A stretch of 64,000 nt of DNA, taken from a virus. Shown here one piece after another: positions 17,959 to 27,820 of the stretch. The notes below the pieces were generated by a model. The model did not search any database, was not told where the DNA came from, and saw only the letters and a program-made list of their open reading frames with translations. The translations under genes were made by a program, and so were the position numbers. Positions within the stretch are counted from its first letter, which is position 1, and each line of letters begins with the position of its first letter. The stretch is taken from the IMG/VR virus record IMGVR_UViG_3300044726_000013, positions 15,595 through 79,594 of that record; one strand, given 5' to 3'.

Positions 17959-18177
17959 ATGGATAAACTGACACCGCGTGAGCGGCAAATAGCGCACCTG
18001 ATCGCCCACGGCCACCGCAACAGGGCGGTGGCTGAGCAACTGGGCGTCACAACCGGCACCGTGAAGGTGCACGTCAACAACATCTATGCCAAGCTGGGCA
18101 TAGACAACCGCGTGACGCTGGTCAGGGCGTGGCTGTTGGCTGAGAAGGCTGTTGGCTGGCAGGATGCTGCTGAATGA
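17959..18177 (+). CDS. Stand-alone LuxR/GerE HTH regulator
   Basis: LTPRERQIAHLIAHGHRNRAVAEQLGVTTGTVKVHVNNIYAKLG. Confidence 0.9.
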   Translation: MDKLTPRERQIAHLIAHGHRNRAVAEQLGVTTGTVKVHVNNIYAKLGIDNRVTLVRAWLLAEKAVGWQDAAE

Positions 18178-18896
18178 TGCGGGATTTGTTCAGGCGTGAT
18201 GAGGTTGGCACCATCACGTTTCATTGCCTGCCTGAGTACATGGGCGTGATAGCACCGCCAATCAGGGCGGCTGACTTCTTGCCGGATTGGTACAAGAAGC
18301 TGCCAGCGATAGACCCTGATGTGTACGCGGTGAACAACCCGGCGCTGACCATCAAGCGGTGCATGCCGTTTCAGGACGCCATGACTGAGGGCTACATCTT
18401 GGTGACCCCGGCTGAGATAACCTTTGAGGTTGACGCGGCGGGCACCAGCGTGACGCATCACAGTGAGTTCCTGAAGGTGACACGCGTGATTGACGCGCAC
18501 CCAGCCTATCAGATCAAGGGCGCGCCGCGTGCCGCCAGCCGGGTAGCGCTGAAGTTCCTCATGCACTGGGTGGTCAAGACGCCGCCCGGCTGGTCAACCC
18601 TATTCATACCGCTGATCAATAGGGAACAGCCAGAGATTGAAATCTTCTCAGGGCTGGTTGACACTGACAGGTATGACGCGGTGGTCAACCTGCCGTTCTT
18701 TCTGAAGGTGACGGGCAAGACGTTCATATTGCCCAAGGGCACGCCCATCTGCCAGTTGATCCCCGTTAAGCGCAATGACTTCACCATGGTGGTGCGGGCG
18801 GCCACGCCTGATGAGACGCTGGCCAAGCAACGCATGAACTCGGTGCTAGACAGCGCGTTGGGCTGGTACAGGCAGCACATCAGGGCCAAGCGGTGA
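18174..18896 (+). CDS. DUF6065-like conserved phage protein (possible dUTPase-like beta-clip fold)
   Basis: LPDWYKKLP, TIKRCMPFQDAMTEGY, WVVKTPPGWSTLF, SGLVDTD, PKGTPICQLIP. Confidence 0.7.
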   Translation: MMRDLFRRDEVGTITFHCLPEYMGVIAPPIRAADFLPDWYKKLPAIDPDVYAVNNPALTIKRCMPFQDAMTEGYILVTPAEITFEVDAAGTSVTHHSEFLKVTRVIDAHPAYQIKGAPRAASRVALKFLMHWVVKTPPGWSTLFIPLINREQPEIEIFSGLVDTDRYDAVVNLPFFLKVTGKTFILPKGTPICQLIPVKRNDFTMVVRAATPDETLAKQRMNSVLDSALGWYRQHIRAKR

Positions 18897-18906
18897 GCCC
18901 GGCCCC

Positions 18907-18938
18907 AAAAGAAGAGGGCCCCCGCAGGGGCCCCTTTT
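18907..18938. terminator. Bidirectional intrinsic terminator between convergent genes
   Basis: A-rich flank, GGGCCCC-CGCA-GGGGCCC stem-loop, then TTTT. Confidence 0.7.
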
Positions 18939-19618
18939 CACTTGATGCTGATGTGGCCGTGGCGGGTGTCCCACCTGAAGTCTTCACGGGTCAGGCCCGC
19001 CAAGATGGCATCACCCACGGTCATGCCGTCAACGTAGCGGGCGTAGCGCTTGAAGGCCAAGCTGCCCTTGCGCTTGGGGTTGGCCACGATCAGCGTGATC
19101 ACCTGCCCGTCAGCGTACTCAGGGCGCGGGCCACGGTGGGCGCTGGCCTTGACGGTGACCTTGACCGCCTTGGCCTTGACCGGCTTGGCGGCTGGCGCGG
19201 CCTTGGCGGCCTTCTCAGGCTTGGCGTTGGCCATGGCCTTCTTGAACTGGGCCACCAGACCGGCACCGCCCTTGGCCACGCCCTTGGCGGCCTTCTTGGT
19301 GGTCACGGCCTTGAACTTGACCACGTTGCCGCTCAGGCTGTCAGCCAGCCCCTCAAGGCCGTTGCCCGTGCCCGCTACCGGCGCTTCAACGCCATGGGCG
19401 GCAAGGCCAGCCATGTCAGCGTTGAGCCCGGCAAGGCCGTTGCGCACCAGCTTGGTGCCGTCAAGCACCAGAGAATGGTCAGCCATGATCTTGGTCAGGC
19501 GGGCAACGCCCGTGGGCTTGTCATGGAAGCCCTTGATTTCTTTCAGCGGCAGCTTGAGTTCAGACACCGCGCGGTTGTAGGCCACGTTAAGCTGGGCCAG
19601 AGAAAGTTCGGTAAGCAT
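18938..19618 (-). CDS. Lys/Ala-rich protein with a C-terminal NPK domain
   Basis: ANPKRKGSLAFKRYARYVDGMTVGDAILAGLTREDFRWDTRHGHISIK. Has its own GCTTTACA promoter at 19702-19709. Confidence 0.8.
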   Translation of the reverse strand: MLTELSLAQLNVAYNRAVSELKLPLKEIKGFHDKPTGVARLTKIMADHSLVLDGTKLVRNGLAGLNADMAGLAAHGVEAPVAGTGNGLEGLADSLSGNVVKFKAVTTKKAAKGVAKGGAGLVAQFKKAMANAKPEKAAKAAPAAKPVKAKAVKVTVKASAHRGPRPEYADGQVITLIVANPKRKGSLAFKRYARYVDGMTVGDAILAGLTREDFRWDTRHGHISIK

Positions 19619-19773
19619 GGTTTTCACCCTATGGTTTTGTGGGCCGCAGCCCGGTTGGTGCTCAATGGCACAAACTCCTTTTTACGCTCGGCGCATTGCC
19701 TTGTAAAGCGAGAAATGGAAATTTGTGAAAATAATTGGCGGAGCCTACAATACGGCGGCCAGAAGGGGTAGCT

Positions 19774-20511
19774 ATGATTGACACCATAGTGGTTCTAGAC
19801 ACTGAGACGACCGGCCTGAGCCCAGAAACCGGGGCTGAGATATGTGAAGTGGCGTGGGTGAGCCTTGAACTTGAGGGTGCCCACTGGGTGTTTGGGCCGG
19901 GCAGCACGTTCTTCGTTGAAACTTTTGCGCCGTTTGACCCGGCCGCGCGGGCGGCCCACCACATCAACCCGGCGTGGTGCCAGCCCGGCGCGCCCAACTG
20001 CGCGCCACGCGGCATCATCATTGGCAGCATGAAGACCATGGAGCGGCCCGGCCAGATGCTGTACGCGGCGCACAACGCACCCTACGACCGGGCCTTTTTG
20101 CCTGAACTGAGCCTAGCGTGGATAGACACCTACCAGTGCGCCCGGCACCTGTGGCCTGACGCGCCCAAGTACAGCAACCAGACCCTGCGCTACTGGCTCA
20201 ACGCTGAGCCGCCTGAGCATCTGTTGGCCGGGCAGGCCGCTCACAGGGCGCTGTACGATGCCGCCTGCACGGCGGCGGTGTTGGTGCGCATGCTGGCGCT
20301 GAAATCCCCTACGGACCTTGTACGGCTCAGCAACACACCCATGCTGCTTGAGACGGTGAAGTTTGGCAAGCATGACGGCCAGCCGTGGTCTACGGTGCCG
20401 CACGGCTACCTGTCATGGATGGTGCGGGCCAGTGACATGTACACCAAAGACAAAGACATCAAGCACACAGTGGATCATTACCTTGGCCAAAGCACCAACG
20501 CCCTTGCCTGA
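19774..20511 (+). CDS. exoX: DEDDh 3'-5' exonuclease, exonuclease X-like
   Basis: LDTETTG, AHNAPYD, AHRALYD, and C-terminal FGKHDGQPWSTVPHGYLSW. Confidence 0.88.
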   Translation: MIDTIVVLDTETTGLSPETGAEICEVAWVSLELEGAHWVFGPGSTFFVETFAPFDPAARAAHHINPAWCQPGAPNCAPRGIIIGSMKTMERPGQMLYAAHNAPYDRAFLPELSLAWIDTYQCARHLWPDAPKYSNQTLRYWLNAEPPEHLLAGQAAHRALYDAACTAAVLVRMLALKSPTDLVRLSNTPMLLETVKFGKHDGQPWSTVPHGYLSWMVRASDMYTKDKDIKHTVDHYLGQSTNALA

Positions 20512-20830
20512 GACGGCACCCACCAGCCAGTATCTGGCGGACACCCTGAAGCGTGCCGGGTTCATGGAACTTGCGGCGCGTGCCGAGCGCAATGAGTTTC
20601 ATGACTACCTGTCAGCGCACGACCTGCCCGGCATGGAACTTGACATGGCGCTGGTGGCCATCATCAAAGACCCCACCTACAGCAACGAAAAGCGTGACAT
20701 AGCCAGCCGCATCCGCGCCCGCCACCATGACGGTGCCTTTGACGCCAGCAAGGCTGAGAGTGACGCGTGGATGGCCAGTGAAGACGGCAAGGCCACCTTC
20801 AACAGGCTGGTCAAAGACTTCAAGCCGTGA
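20504..20830 (+). CDS. Hypothetical protein
   Basis: TTG start overlapping the exonuclease stop; EFHDYLS...ESDAWMASEDG. Confidence 0.6.
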   Translation: MPETAPTSQYLADTLKRAGFMELAARAERNEFHDYLSAHDLPGMELDMALVAIIKDPTYSNEKRDIASRIRARHHDGAFDASKAESDAWMASEDGKATFNRLVKDFKP

Positions 20831-20912
20831 GCGCCATGATGTCTTTTGCCTTGGTCATCGGGTTCATAGTGACCGTCGGCATTGTATCACTGACGATCAT
20901 AGGGCTGCTACC

Positions 20913-21371
20913 GTGACCATTGCGGATGCCGGGCTGCGCAAGGTGGTGCAACATCACCTGCACAAGTCACAGGGCTGGCTGTGGACCCCGGTTGAGACGG
21001 CGGGCACCCGGCAGGGCGTGCCTGACACCCACTGGGCGCACATCCCCAGCTTCACCAGCGGCTGGGTTGAGCATAAGGCCACCCACGGCTGGGCGGTGAC
21101 GGTCAGGCCGCACCAGATAGCGTGGATTGACCTGCACATGCGGGCTGGCGTGCATTGCCTGATCATGGTCAGGGCCATGGGGGTCGGTAGCAGCCACGAC
21201 CGGGGAGACAGTCTTTGGGTCATTGACGGCGCGGCCATCAAGGCGCTGGCTGAAAAGGGGCTCAACGGCATCCCCGGTCTGGCCGTGCTGGGCCGCTGGT
21301 GTGGTGAGCCGCATGAATGGAACTGGCCTGCGGTGCAGCAACTGATGACCGGGCGGCAGCATGACCGATAG
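20913..21371 (+). CDS. VRR-NUC / Holliday-junction-resolvase-like PD-(D/E)xK nuclease
   Basis: VET...GVPD...WVEHK...VRPHQIAW...G pattern; GTG start at 20913. Confidence 0.75.
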   Translation: MTIADAGLRKVVQHHLHKSQGWLWTPVETAGTRQGVPDTHWAHIPSFTSGWVEHKATHGWAVTVRPHQIAWIDLHMRAGVHCLIMVRAMGVGSSHDRGDSLWVIDGAAIKALAEKGLNGIPGLAVLGRWCGEPHEWNWPAVQQLMTGRQHDR

Positions 21372-21740
21372 CTGGCCCGTGCGGTACTTCAAGGCCGGTG
21401 CGGCGCTGGCTGATGAGATGCTGGGGCGGCTCAAGAATTATAACGACCAGTACCGTCTAGAGGAGAAAACTATGGCAGACGGCGCTTCAAGCTGTGAGTT
21501 CTTTGTTGAGGGCGGCGGCAGCAAGGGCCGCTACCTGATGTACAACCCGCCTATCACGGGGGATGACATCACGTTTGACGATGGTGACACCTACACGGTG
21601 GTGCGCCGCAACGTTGATGTTCAAGACAACTTTGTGCGCATCACGATCAGGCGCAAAGACAGCGCATGAAGCGTTGGTTTGCTGGGTTACGTCCGCGCCC
21701 AGAGCCGGTAGGGCCTCCAACCCGTGACCGGCACCAAATG

Positions 21741-21766
21741 CAAAAGGCCGCCCGTAGGCGGCCTTG
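21741..21766. terminator. Terminator-like hairpin at the convergence of the + and - blocks
   Basis: AAAAGGCCGCC-CGTA-GGCGGCCTT. Confidence 0.6.
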
Positions 21767-21795
21767 CAGGGCACCGCGCCTTTAAGGCGCGGGGG

Positions 21796-21990
21796 TCAGG
21801 CGGTGAGCGCGGCCAGTGCGGCCAGCGTGTCACGCAGGCCACCGCGCTGCCAGTTCAGCGCATTGGCCAGACGCTCAGCGTGTTCACGGCAGATGGGCTT
21901 GGTGTTGGTGGTCAGCACGATCTGCGCCTCTATCTGCTTGGCGCGGGTGGTCAGTTCAGCGGCGGTGAGGTGGGCAAGAAAGTTGGTCAC
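21796..21990 (-). CDS. Small hypothetical early protein
   Basis: GGAG RBS and upstream GCTTTACA box at 22048-22055. Confidence 0.55.
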   Translation of the reverse strand: MTNFLAHLTAAELTTRAKQIEAQIVLTTNTKPICREHAERLANALNWQRGGLRDTLAALAALTA

Positions 21991-22249
21991 GGCAGGTCTC
22001 CAGAGGCATAAGCGCCTGTGATCCCTTTTGCCTGAAGACGACCCTGCTGTAAAGCCCTAAAATGGACCCAGACGCAAAAAAGGCCGCTGCACAGGTTGGT
22101 ACGGTTGCAGCGGCCAAAATTGGGGTGAGGCGGCAATCTAGGGGTAGGGTGGGCACTTGGCAATGCCCGCTGGGGCGTCAGGCAGCCCCGCCAGAGCGTT
22201 TTGTGGGGCTGGGTGGTGTCTGAGCCCACCCAAGCCCCTCAGACGCGCC

Positions 22250-22498
22250 CTAGACCAGCCTGAGGGCCGTGGGCGCTGGCGCTGGCAGGTCAGGGTCTGG
22301 CTCAGCGTGCATGTAGGCGCGGGCCAGCTTGCCGTCAGGCTTGCGTATGACGTAGGCCACCACGGTGGGGTAGGGGCCAAACATGTCACAGACAACCTCA
22401 GTCAGCACGTGGTAGGTGCCGTCAGCGGGCACGCCGTAGGCGGTGGTGATGTGACGCGGCCCGTCAACGCGGGTGAACTTCATGTTTTGATCAGTCAT
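22250..22498 (-). CDS. Small hypothetical early protein
   Basis: AAGG RBS and upstream GCTTTACA box at 22575-22582. Confidence 0.55.
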   Translation of the reverse strand: MTDQNMKFTRVDGPRHITTAYGVPADGTYHVLTEVVCDMFGPYPTVVAYVIRKPDGKLARAYMHAEPDPDLPAPAPTALRLV

Positions 22499-22759
22499 TT
22501 GGGTGCCTTTCAGATGGCGTTGAGGCGGGGCAGGGTTGCCCCGCCCCGCCCCCATAGACGGTAAAATCGTGTTGTGTAAAGCGAATTTTATGATGAGGCC
22601 CCCATGGCGTGCAGAAAGCGCACCAGATCAGCCTCAGCCTTGGCCACCGGGCGGCGGCGGCCCACCAGCCAGACGGTGGCCCAGCCGTCAGTGCTGGTGT
22701 AGACCCGGCCGTCAAGCATCTCAATCTTCAGGTGCTTAGACATGTGGTTCTCCAGAGGG

Positions 22760-22942
22760 TTACAGGTAGGCTACGGCACGCGCCACGGCGCGCAGCATGA
22801 TGAACTCCTTGCCCATCAGGCCGCGCACGCTGGTGCGCCAGTAGCCGGTGATCAGCTTGCGCACGGTGCCCACGGGCACGCCGTCACTGAATACGGTGTA
22901 GGTGTCAGGGGCAACTTTGCTGAAGGTGACGCGGCGGGGCAT
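22760..22942 (-). CDS. Small hypothetical early protein
   Basis: Downstream of a CCTTTACA box at 23003-23010. Confidence 0.5.
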   Translation of the reverse strand: MPRRVTFSKVAPDTYTVFSDGVPVGTVRKLITGYWRTSVRGLMGKEFIMLRAVARAVAYL

Positions 22943-22986
22943 GAAGGTGGGTCCAAAGGCAAAAGCGCCTTGGCATCCTTCTTACG

Positions 22987-23682
22987 CTAGGTCGCATACT
23001 GCTGTAAAGGACCTATTTGCACCCTACTCCATAATTCTTCAACGGCGGCGTGCCGGGCAGCCTCACGCTCAGGGTCACGCAGTGATGTCATCAGGTCATC
23101 AGGCTCATGGCCGTCAGCCTCACCAAACAGCCTGCGCATGGCGTTGCGGTACTTGGGGCCGCAGATGCGGTAATTCATCAGGGTGATGGTGGGGTCAATG
23201 CCTGCCATCCACACCAGACCGTTGTTGGTCTGGGCGTCAACCAGCGCCACGCGGGTGATGGCCATGGGCGCTATCACGTCATGGTAGGTGCAGTTGCCCA
23301 GACCCTTAAGGCTATCCTGCCAGTTGGTGGCATAGTTCATCAGGCGGCTGCGGTACCAGCGGGTGCGGGCCTTCATGGGCTTGCCAAGCGGGGCGTGCCC
23401 CTCTTGCTTGCGGCTGACCTGTTCAAGCCAGTCCTCATCCGGCGCAAGCCACCACGGGGCCAACAGGCCCACGTCAATCTCAAGCACCGCCAGCGCCTCA
23501 CCGGGCTTGGCGGCCTCGTGGGCGTAGTGCAGGGCGTAGGCGTTGGTCAGGTAGACGGCATCAGGGCAGCTTTCAACGCTGTGCTGCCAGTTGCCCTTGC
23601 GCTTGCCGCGCGGGCGCAGGCCGTTGGCCTTGATGTCAGGCAGGTGCCGGGCGGCGGTGCCGTGGTAGAGTTTGGGGCTCAT
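22987..23682 (-). CDS. Putative ADP-ribosyltransferase-fold protein (H-Y type, Tpt1/KptA-like N-terminus)
   Basis: LYHGTAARHLPDIKANGLRP...AVYLT...YALHYA...VLEID. Confidence 0.6.
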   Translation of the reverse strand: MSPKLYHGTAARHLPDIKANGLRPRGKRKGNWQHSVESCPDAVYLTNAYALHYAHEAAKPGEALAVLEIDVGLLAPWWLAPDEDWLEQVSRKQEGHAPLGKPMKARTRWYRSRLMNYATNWQDSLKGLGNCTYHDVIAPMAITRVALVDAQTNNGLVWMAGIDPTITLMNYRICGPKYRNAMRRLFGEADGHEPDDLMTSLRDPEREAARHAAVEELWSRVQIGPLQQYAT

Positions 23683-24801
23683 GACGCCACCGGGCGGGTC
23701 TGGTCAAGCGTAGCCTCAAAGGCCGCTTCACCGTGCTTCTGGCGCAGCCGCGCCAGCATCCAGTGGCTTGCGCCATAGTACGGGTGGCAATGCTGCCCCC
23801 AGCCGTCAGCAGGGCCGTTCAGCACGGCCCAGTAGGCGCGGGCATCTTTCTCAATCTCAGTCATCTTCATCTTCCTCTATGGCCAGCAAATCAGCAATGG
23901 CCTGTTGTTTGGTTTCACCGTAGCCATAGTGGCCGTCTTCCTCATAGCCGTCACGGCAGGCCATCCAGTCAAACTGGCGTATGGGTATGGGCGGGTAGAT
24001 CAGGGTGGCCACAATGGCCGCGTCACGCTTGCCCATTGTCACGCTCCTGAAGGGCCCGCAGCCACATGGTGATGGGGCTCAGGCTGACGTTGGTCTTCTT
24101 GCGGGCAGCGGCCAGCGTGGCGGCAAGGGCCCACTTGACGCGCTCGGCATTAGCAGCGCGCTGCTTGGCGTCATCCACCTTGATGATCATCACGCACCTT
24201 CTCGGCGCACGGCGTCTACCGCCCGGCGCACTTCATCAGCCTTGGCCAGCGTCTTGTCAGACAACAGGCCGCCATTGCCGCCCACCAGCTTACCGCCGAT
24301 CAGTTCACCGTGCATGTCAAACGCCACGGCGTCGGCCAGTTCAAGCGCCACGCGCAGCAGCGTCTGCATGCGGCTGGTCATCACGGCAACTCCTTGGCCA
24401 CGTGTGGGTGGGCAGGCACGCGCTTGGTGCTGCCGTCAGGCATCACCACCTCACCAGCGGTCAGGTCACGCGCAATCTCTTCAGCCAGCTTCTGGCTGGC
24501 CGTCACAGAGCGGCTGACGTAGCGGTGGTCACCGCTCTTCAGCACGCGGTAGACGCCGTACATGGTCATCACAGCCCCCGGCGCTTGAGTTCGGCCTTGA
24601 CGCCAGCAATCATGGCTGGGTTCATGGCATCGCCATTGGGCCGGTCAACCAGCAGCGTCAGCATCATGCGCAGGCGCTTCACGGTCAGGGTCTTGAGGTA
24701 GGCATAGTTCAGTCTTGGCTTTGGGCCGGACATGGGTAACCCCTTTTGGTTGGTGTTGAGCCCGGTCCTTTTACCCCAAGGTCGCGCTGGTGTAAAGCGA
24801 C

Positions 24802-25260
24802 CTACTCAAAGAAATTGGTCATCAGGCCGGTGTCACGGTCAGCCGCAGTGTGGTCAGCCGCACCCAGAACCGGGGGCTCCCCGGTAGCACCGTAGGTGAC
24901 CGGGTAGGTGGTGTTGAGGGCTTCACCGTTACGGTTGCGGCTGGTCACCATCAGCACGTCTTGGCGCTGGCTGTGTTCGCGCACGGGCACCTTCAGCATC
25001 TCAGGCTGGGTGCGCGGGTCAATGCGGGCCATCCATGCCTCACTGACAAAGCTGTAGCTGGCAATGCCCATGCCGTTGAGAACCTCCTTGATGATGGCGG
25101 CCCAATGCGCCTTCTCAGCCGGGTTGCGCCACGGCGGCGCTGGCCACTGCGCCAAGTCTTCACCGTCAGGTATCAGGATCACCGGGTCAACCTTGCCGCG
25201 CTCAGCCATGGCCAGCTTGGCGTAGACGCAGGCGGCGGCGTGCTGGGCTTTGAGGCTCAT
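24802..25260 (-). CDS. Hypothetical protein
   Basis: YSFVSEAWMA...RQDVLMV motif; ORF within the early block. Confidence 0.65.
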   Translation of the reverse strand: MSLKAQHAAACVYAKLAMAERGKVDPVILIPDGEDLAQWPAPPWRNPAEKAHWAAIIKEVLNGMGIASYSFVSEAWMARIDPRTQPEMLKVPVREHSQRQDVLMVTSRNRNGEALNTTYPVTYGATGEPPVLGAADHTAADRDTGLMTNFFE

Positions 25261-25356
25261 TGACTTGCCTTCCATATGATCAGGGTCAGCATGGCACCTA
25301 TGGCCAAGGCCCAGAGTATAGTTTCCACAACAGGGTGTAGTTTCACAGTATCATCC

Positions 25357-26283
25357 TCAGAGTTTGTAGAAAAGGCGGTGCAGTTCTTCCTCAGTGCGCC
25401 AGTTCACCTTGCTGGCCTTGACCGGCACCAGCTTGCCGTTGCTGAGGTGGCGCATGTGGCCGCGTCGCCAGTGCGCCACCGGGCTGGCATGGTGGCCGCC
25501 TCTGGCAGACGCCTTGGCGTAGGCGCGGCTCTGAAAGGCGCTGACGTAATCCTTGGTATGCACCACGTTGTGGGCGGGTATCTGGTGCCTGCCCTTCTTG
25601 GCGCGGGCGGCGTTCAGCTTGGCCGGGGCGGCCACGTGGGTGATGGGTATGGCGGCATCCGCAAGCAGGCGCAGCATGGTGACCAGCGGGTCAAGGCTGT
25701 TTGAGCCACGGTTGCGTTGCTCCAGTTCACTCTCAACGTGGCCACCGGGGTAGCGCATGTAGGCCGGGCTGACCAGCGTGTTGCCGGGCTTGGCGTTGAT
25801 GCTGACCATATCGTAGATCAGCACGGCATCACCCAGCTTGGGCTCAGCAATGCTGAGGCCGTAGAGTTCAACCACCAGCGTGTCTTCAGGGCGCGCGGGG
25901 TGCGGTGCCACAAGGTAGCCGTTGAAGCCGCCCTCCCAACTGGTGACGCCCAGCCAGCTTTCAAACGGGTGCGGCAGTTCGCCAGCCTCATACATGTGGC
26001 GGCTGGCAATGCTCTCACGCTTGATCACCGCGTTGGGGATGAAGCCAAAGTCAATCATGCGGCCATCAGCCACCACGTCTTTGATGACGTTGCGCAGGTA
26101 GGTCACGTCACGCTCTTCAGTGATGGCAAGCAATGGGTTGATGGCCAGCATGGCGTCACCAAGCACGGCGTTGCGGAACGCCTCAGCGCTCTTGATGGGC
26201 CAATCGGGCAGGTGCTGAAACAGCAAGCTGACCACTTCAGCGGCTTCACGTTGGGGCAGCAGGGGCATGGTGTCTTGGGTCAT
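25357..26283 (-). CDS. Hypothetical protein with a C-terminal HWRRGH motif
   Basis: HASPVAHWRRGHMRHLSNGKLVPVKASKV. Confidence 0.75.
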   Translation of the reverse strand: MTQDTMPLLPQREAAEVVSLLFQHLPDWPIKSAEAFRNAVLGDAMLAINPLLAITEERDVTYLRNVIKDVVADGRMIDFGFIPNAVIKRESIASRHMYEAGELPHPFESWLGVTSWEGGFNGYLVAPHPARPEDTLVVELYGLSIAEPKLGDAVLIYDMVSINAKPGNTLVSPAYMRYPGGHVESELEQRNRGSNSLDPLVTMLRLLADAAIPITHVAAPAKLNAARAKKGRHQIPAHNVVHTKDYVSAFQSRAYAKASARGGHHASPVAHWRRGHMRHLSNGKLVPVKASKVNWRTEEELHRLFYKL

Positions 26284-26530
26284 GCCCCTAGCTATAGCAT
26301 CCCTTAAGCGTCTGGTGAAGGGACCATGTTGCGGCGGGTGTTCTTCAGTTGGTGCATGCGCATTGCAAGGAACAGGTGCACCAGTTGCGCCACGTCAGCG
26401 TTTAGTTCGGCGCTGGTGTAGCCCGTGGTCTTGTAGCCGTGCAGGTTCTGCAACAGGGTCTGAATGACGGGCAGATCGTTCTTGGCACCGTCAAGCAGGT
26501 CAAACCATTCCATGTGGTTCAGGGCGCGGG

Positions 26531-26809
26531 TCATGGTGCGGTCTTTCTGGTGTTCCAGCGGGTGGCGGCGGCGTGCAGCAGGGTGGTTTCAAAGGCATCC
26601 CACGCGTGCTTGGTGTAGGGGTAGCGCGGCTGTGTGGCGCGTGTTGACATCTCAGCGCCGCATTCCCAGCACTCAACCTTGACCAGCCAGTCAGGGCTGT
26701 CCTGAACGTCTATCAGGCCGCTGATGTCAGCCCGGCCATGGCAGAACGGGCATGCGTCAAGCTGCGGCTGGTAGGCACCCAGCTTGGTCTTGGTGCCGTG
26801 CGCGGTCAT
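26531..26809 (-). CDS. Lar (restriction-alleviation)-like zinc-finger protein
   Basis: LDACPFCHG...VECWECGA...AATRWNTR. Confidence 0.7.
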   Translation of the reverse strand: MTAHGTKTKLGAYQPQLDACPFCHGRADISGLIDVQDSPDWLVKVECWECGAEMSTRATQPRYPYTKHAWDAFETTLLHAAATRWNTRKTAP

Positions 26810-26993
26810 GGTGCCTCACCCACGCAACAGCCGTTGGTCAGCACGGTGTGGGTCATCCACATCTGGTCAGGGCGCAGCCTGACCACGGCCACCCAGCCGC
26901 CTTTAAGCTTGACGGCGGTGGGTATGGTGTTGGGCAGGCCCAGCCGCAGGGCGGCGGCGGTGGCCGCAGCCTGCGTGGCGTAGATGGCGGCGC

Positions 26994-27293
26994 TCATGCC
27001 GCCACCACCTGTTCCTCAAAGCCGCACGCGGCCACCACGTAGGTGACGCCTTCAAAGATGAAGCGGTCACCCATCATGCTTGAGCGCAGGCCGTATTCCC
27101 TGCCATCAATGATGGGCAGCATGGCGCGCACGGTCACGGCGTCATGGTGATCAGGGTTGCCCGGCCGTGACCAAGAGCCGCTGATGTTCTGGGTATAGCG
27201 CCACGCAAACTCAAGCGCGTCGTAGGGGTCGGCGTAGGGGGTTTCAACAGAGGCCACGTGCACGGGGCCGTGGTAGACTTCTACGGTAGACAT
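26994..27293 (-). CDS. Conserved hypothetical protein
   Basis: ALEFAWRYTQNISGSWS...RSSMMGD; AGGAG RBS; promoter box at 27347-27354. Confidence 0.7.
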   Translation of the reverse strand: MSTVEVYHGPVHVASVETPYADPYDALEFAWRYTQNISGSWSRPGNPDHHDAVTVRAMLPIIDGREYGLRSSMMGDRFIFEGVTYVVAACGFEEQVVAA

Positions 27294-27390
27294 CAGGTAA
27301 CTCCTATCCAGTTGACAGGTCTACCCTAGCATCGTCTGGGGGCGCTTGTAAAGCGACTTTGCAAAAGTGTTGACGGCACTGGTGCCGTCA

Positions 27391-27807
27391 TCACTTTGCC
27401 GGGCGGCGCAGTTCAATCTCAGGGGTAGTGCTTTCAACCACAAAGCCAAAGTCTTCAAACAGGCCGGTCAGCCGCTGCGGGTCACAGTCAGGCTCATAAT
27501 TGCGGATGATGCTGGTGCATTCCATACCGTCAGCGTCTAGATCAGCCATCACGGTGGCCATCAGGCTGCGCATGTGGCCTTGGCCGCGCTTGGTGCGGTC
27601 CTGCACGTTGACGTAGACAATGCGGTGGGCCTCCCCGGACGCACCCAGCGCTAGGCTGATCAGGGCCGGGTCTACCTGATAGGTCTGGTGCGTCCGGGGC
27701 CCGGTGGGCTCAGCATGCGGCGTGACGGCCTGCGGCTGAGCGTCACCCGGCTGAGACAGGCTCTCAGGCGGGTGAAGGCGGGTACCATCGTGGGTAAAGG
27801 TGGCCAT
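27391..27807 (-). CDS. GNAT-family acetyltransferase-like protein
   Basis: Acetyl-CoA motif A RGQGHMRSLM...LD, and LFEDFGF. Confidence 0.6.
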   Translation of the reverse strand: MATFTHDGTRLHPPESLSQPGDAQPQAVTPHAEPTGPRTHQTYQVDPALISLALGASGEAHRIVYVNVQDRTKRGQGHMRSLMATVMADLDADGMECTSIIRNYEPDCDPQRLTGLFEDFGFVVESTTPEIELRRPAK

Positions 27808-27820
27808 GCCCCGGTATAGC

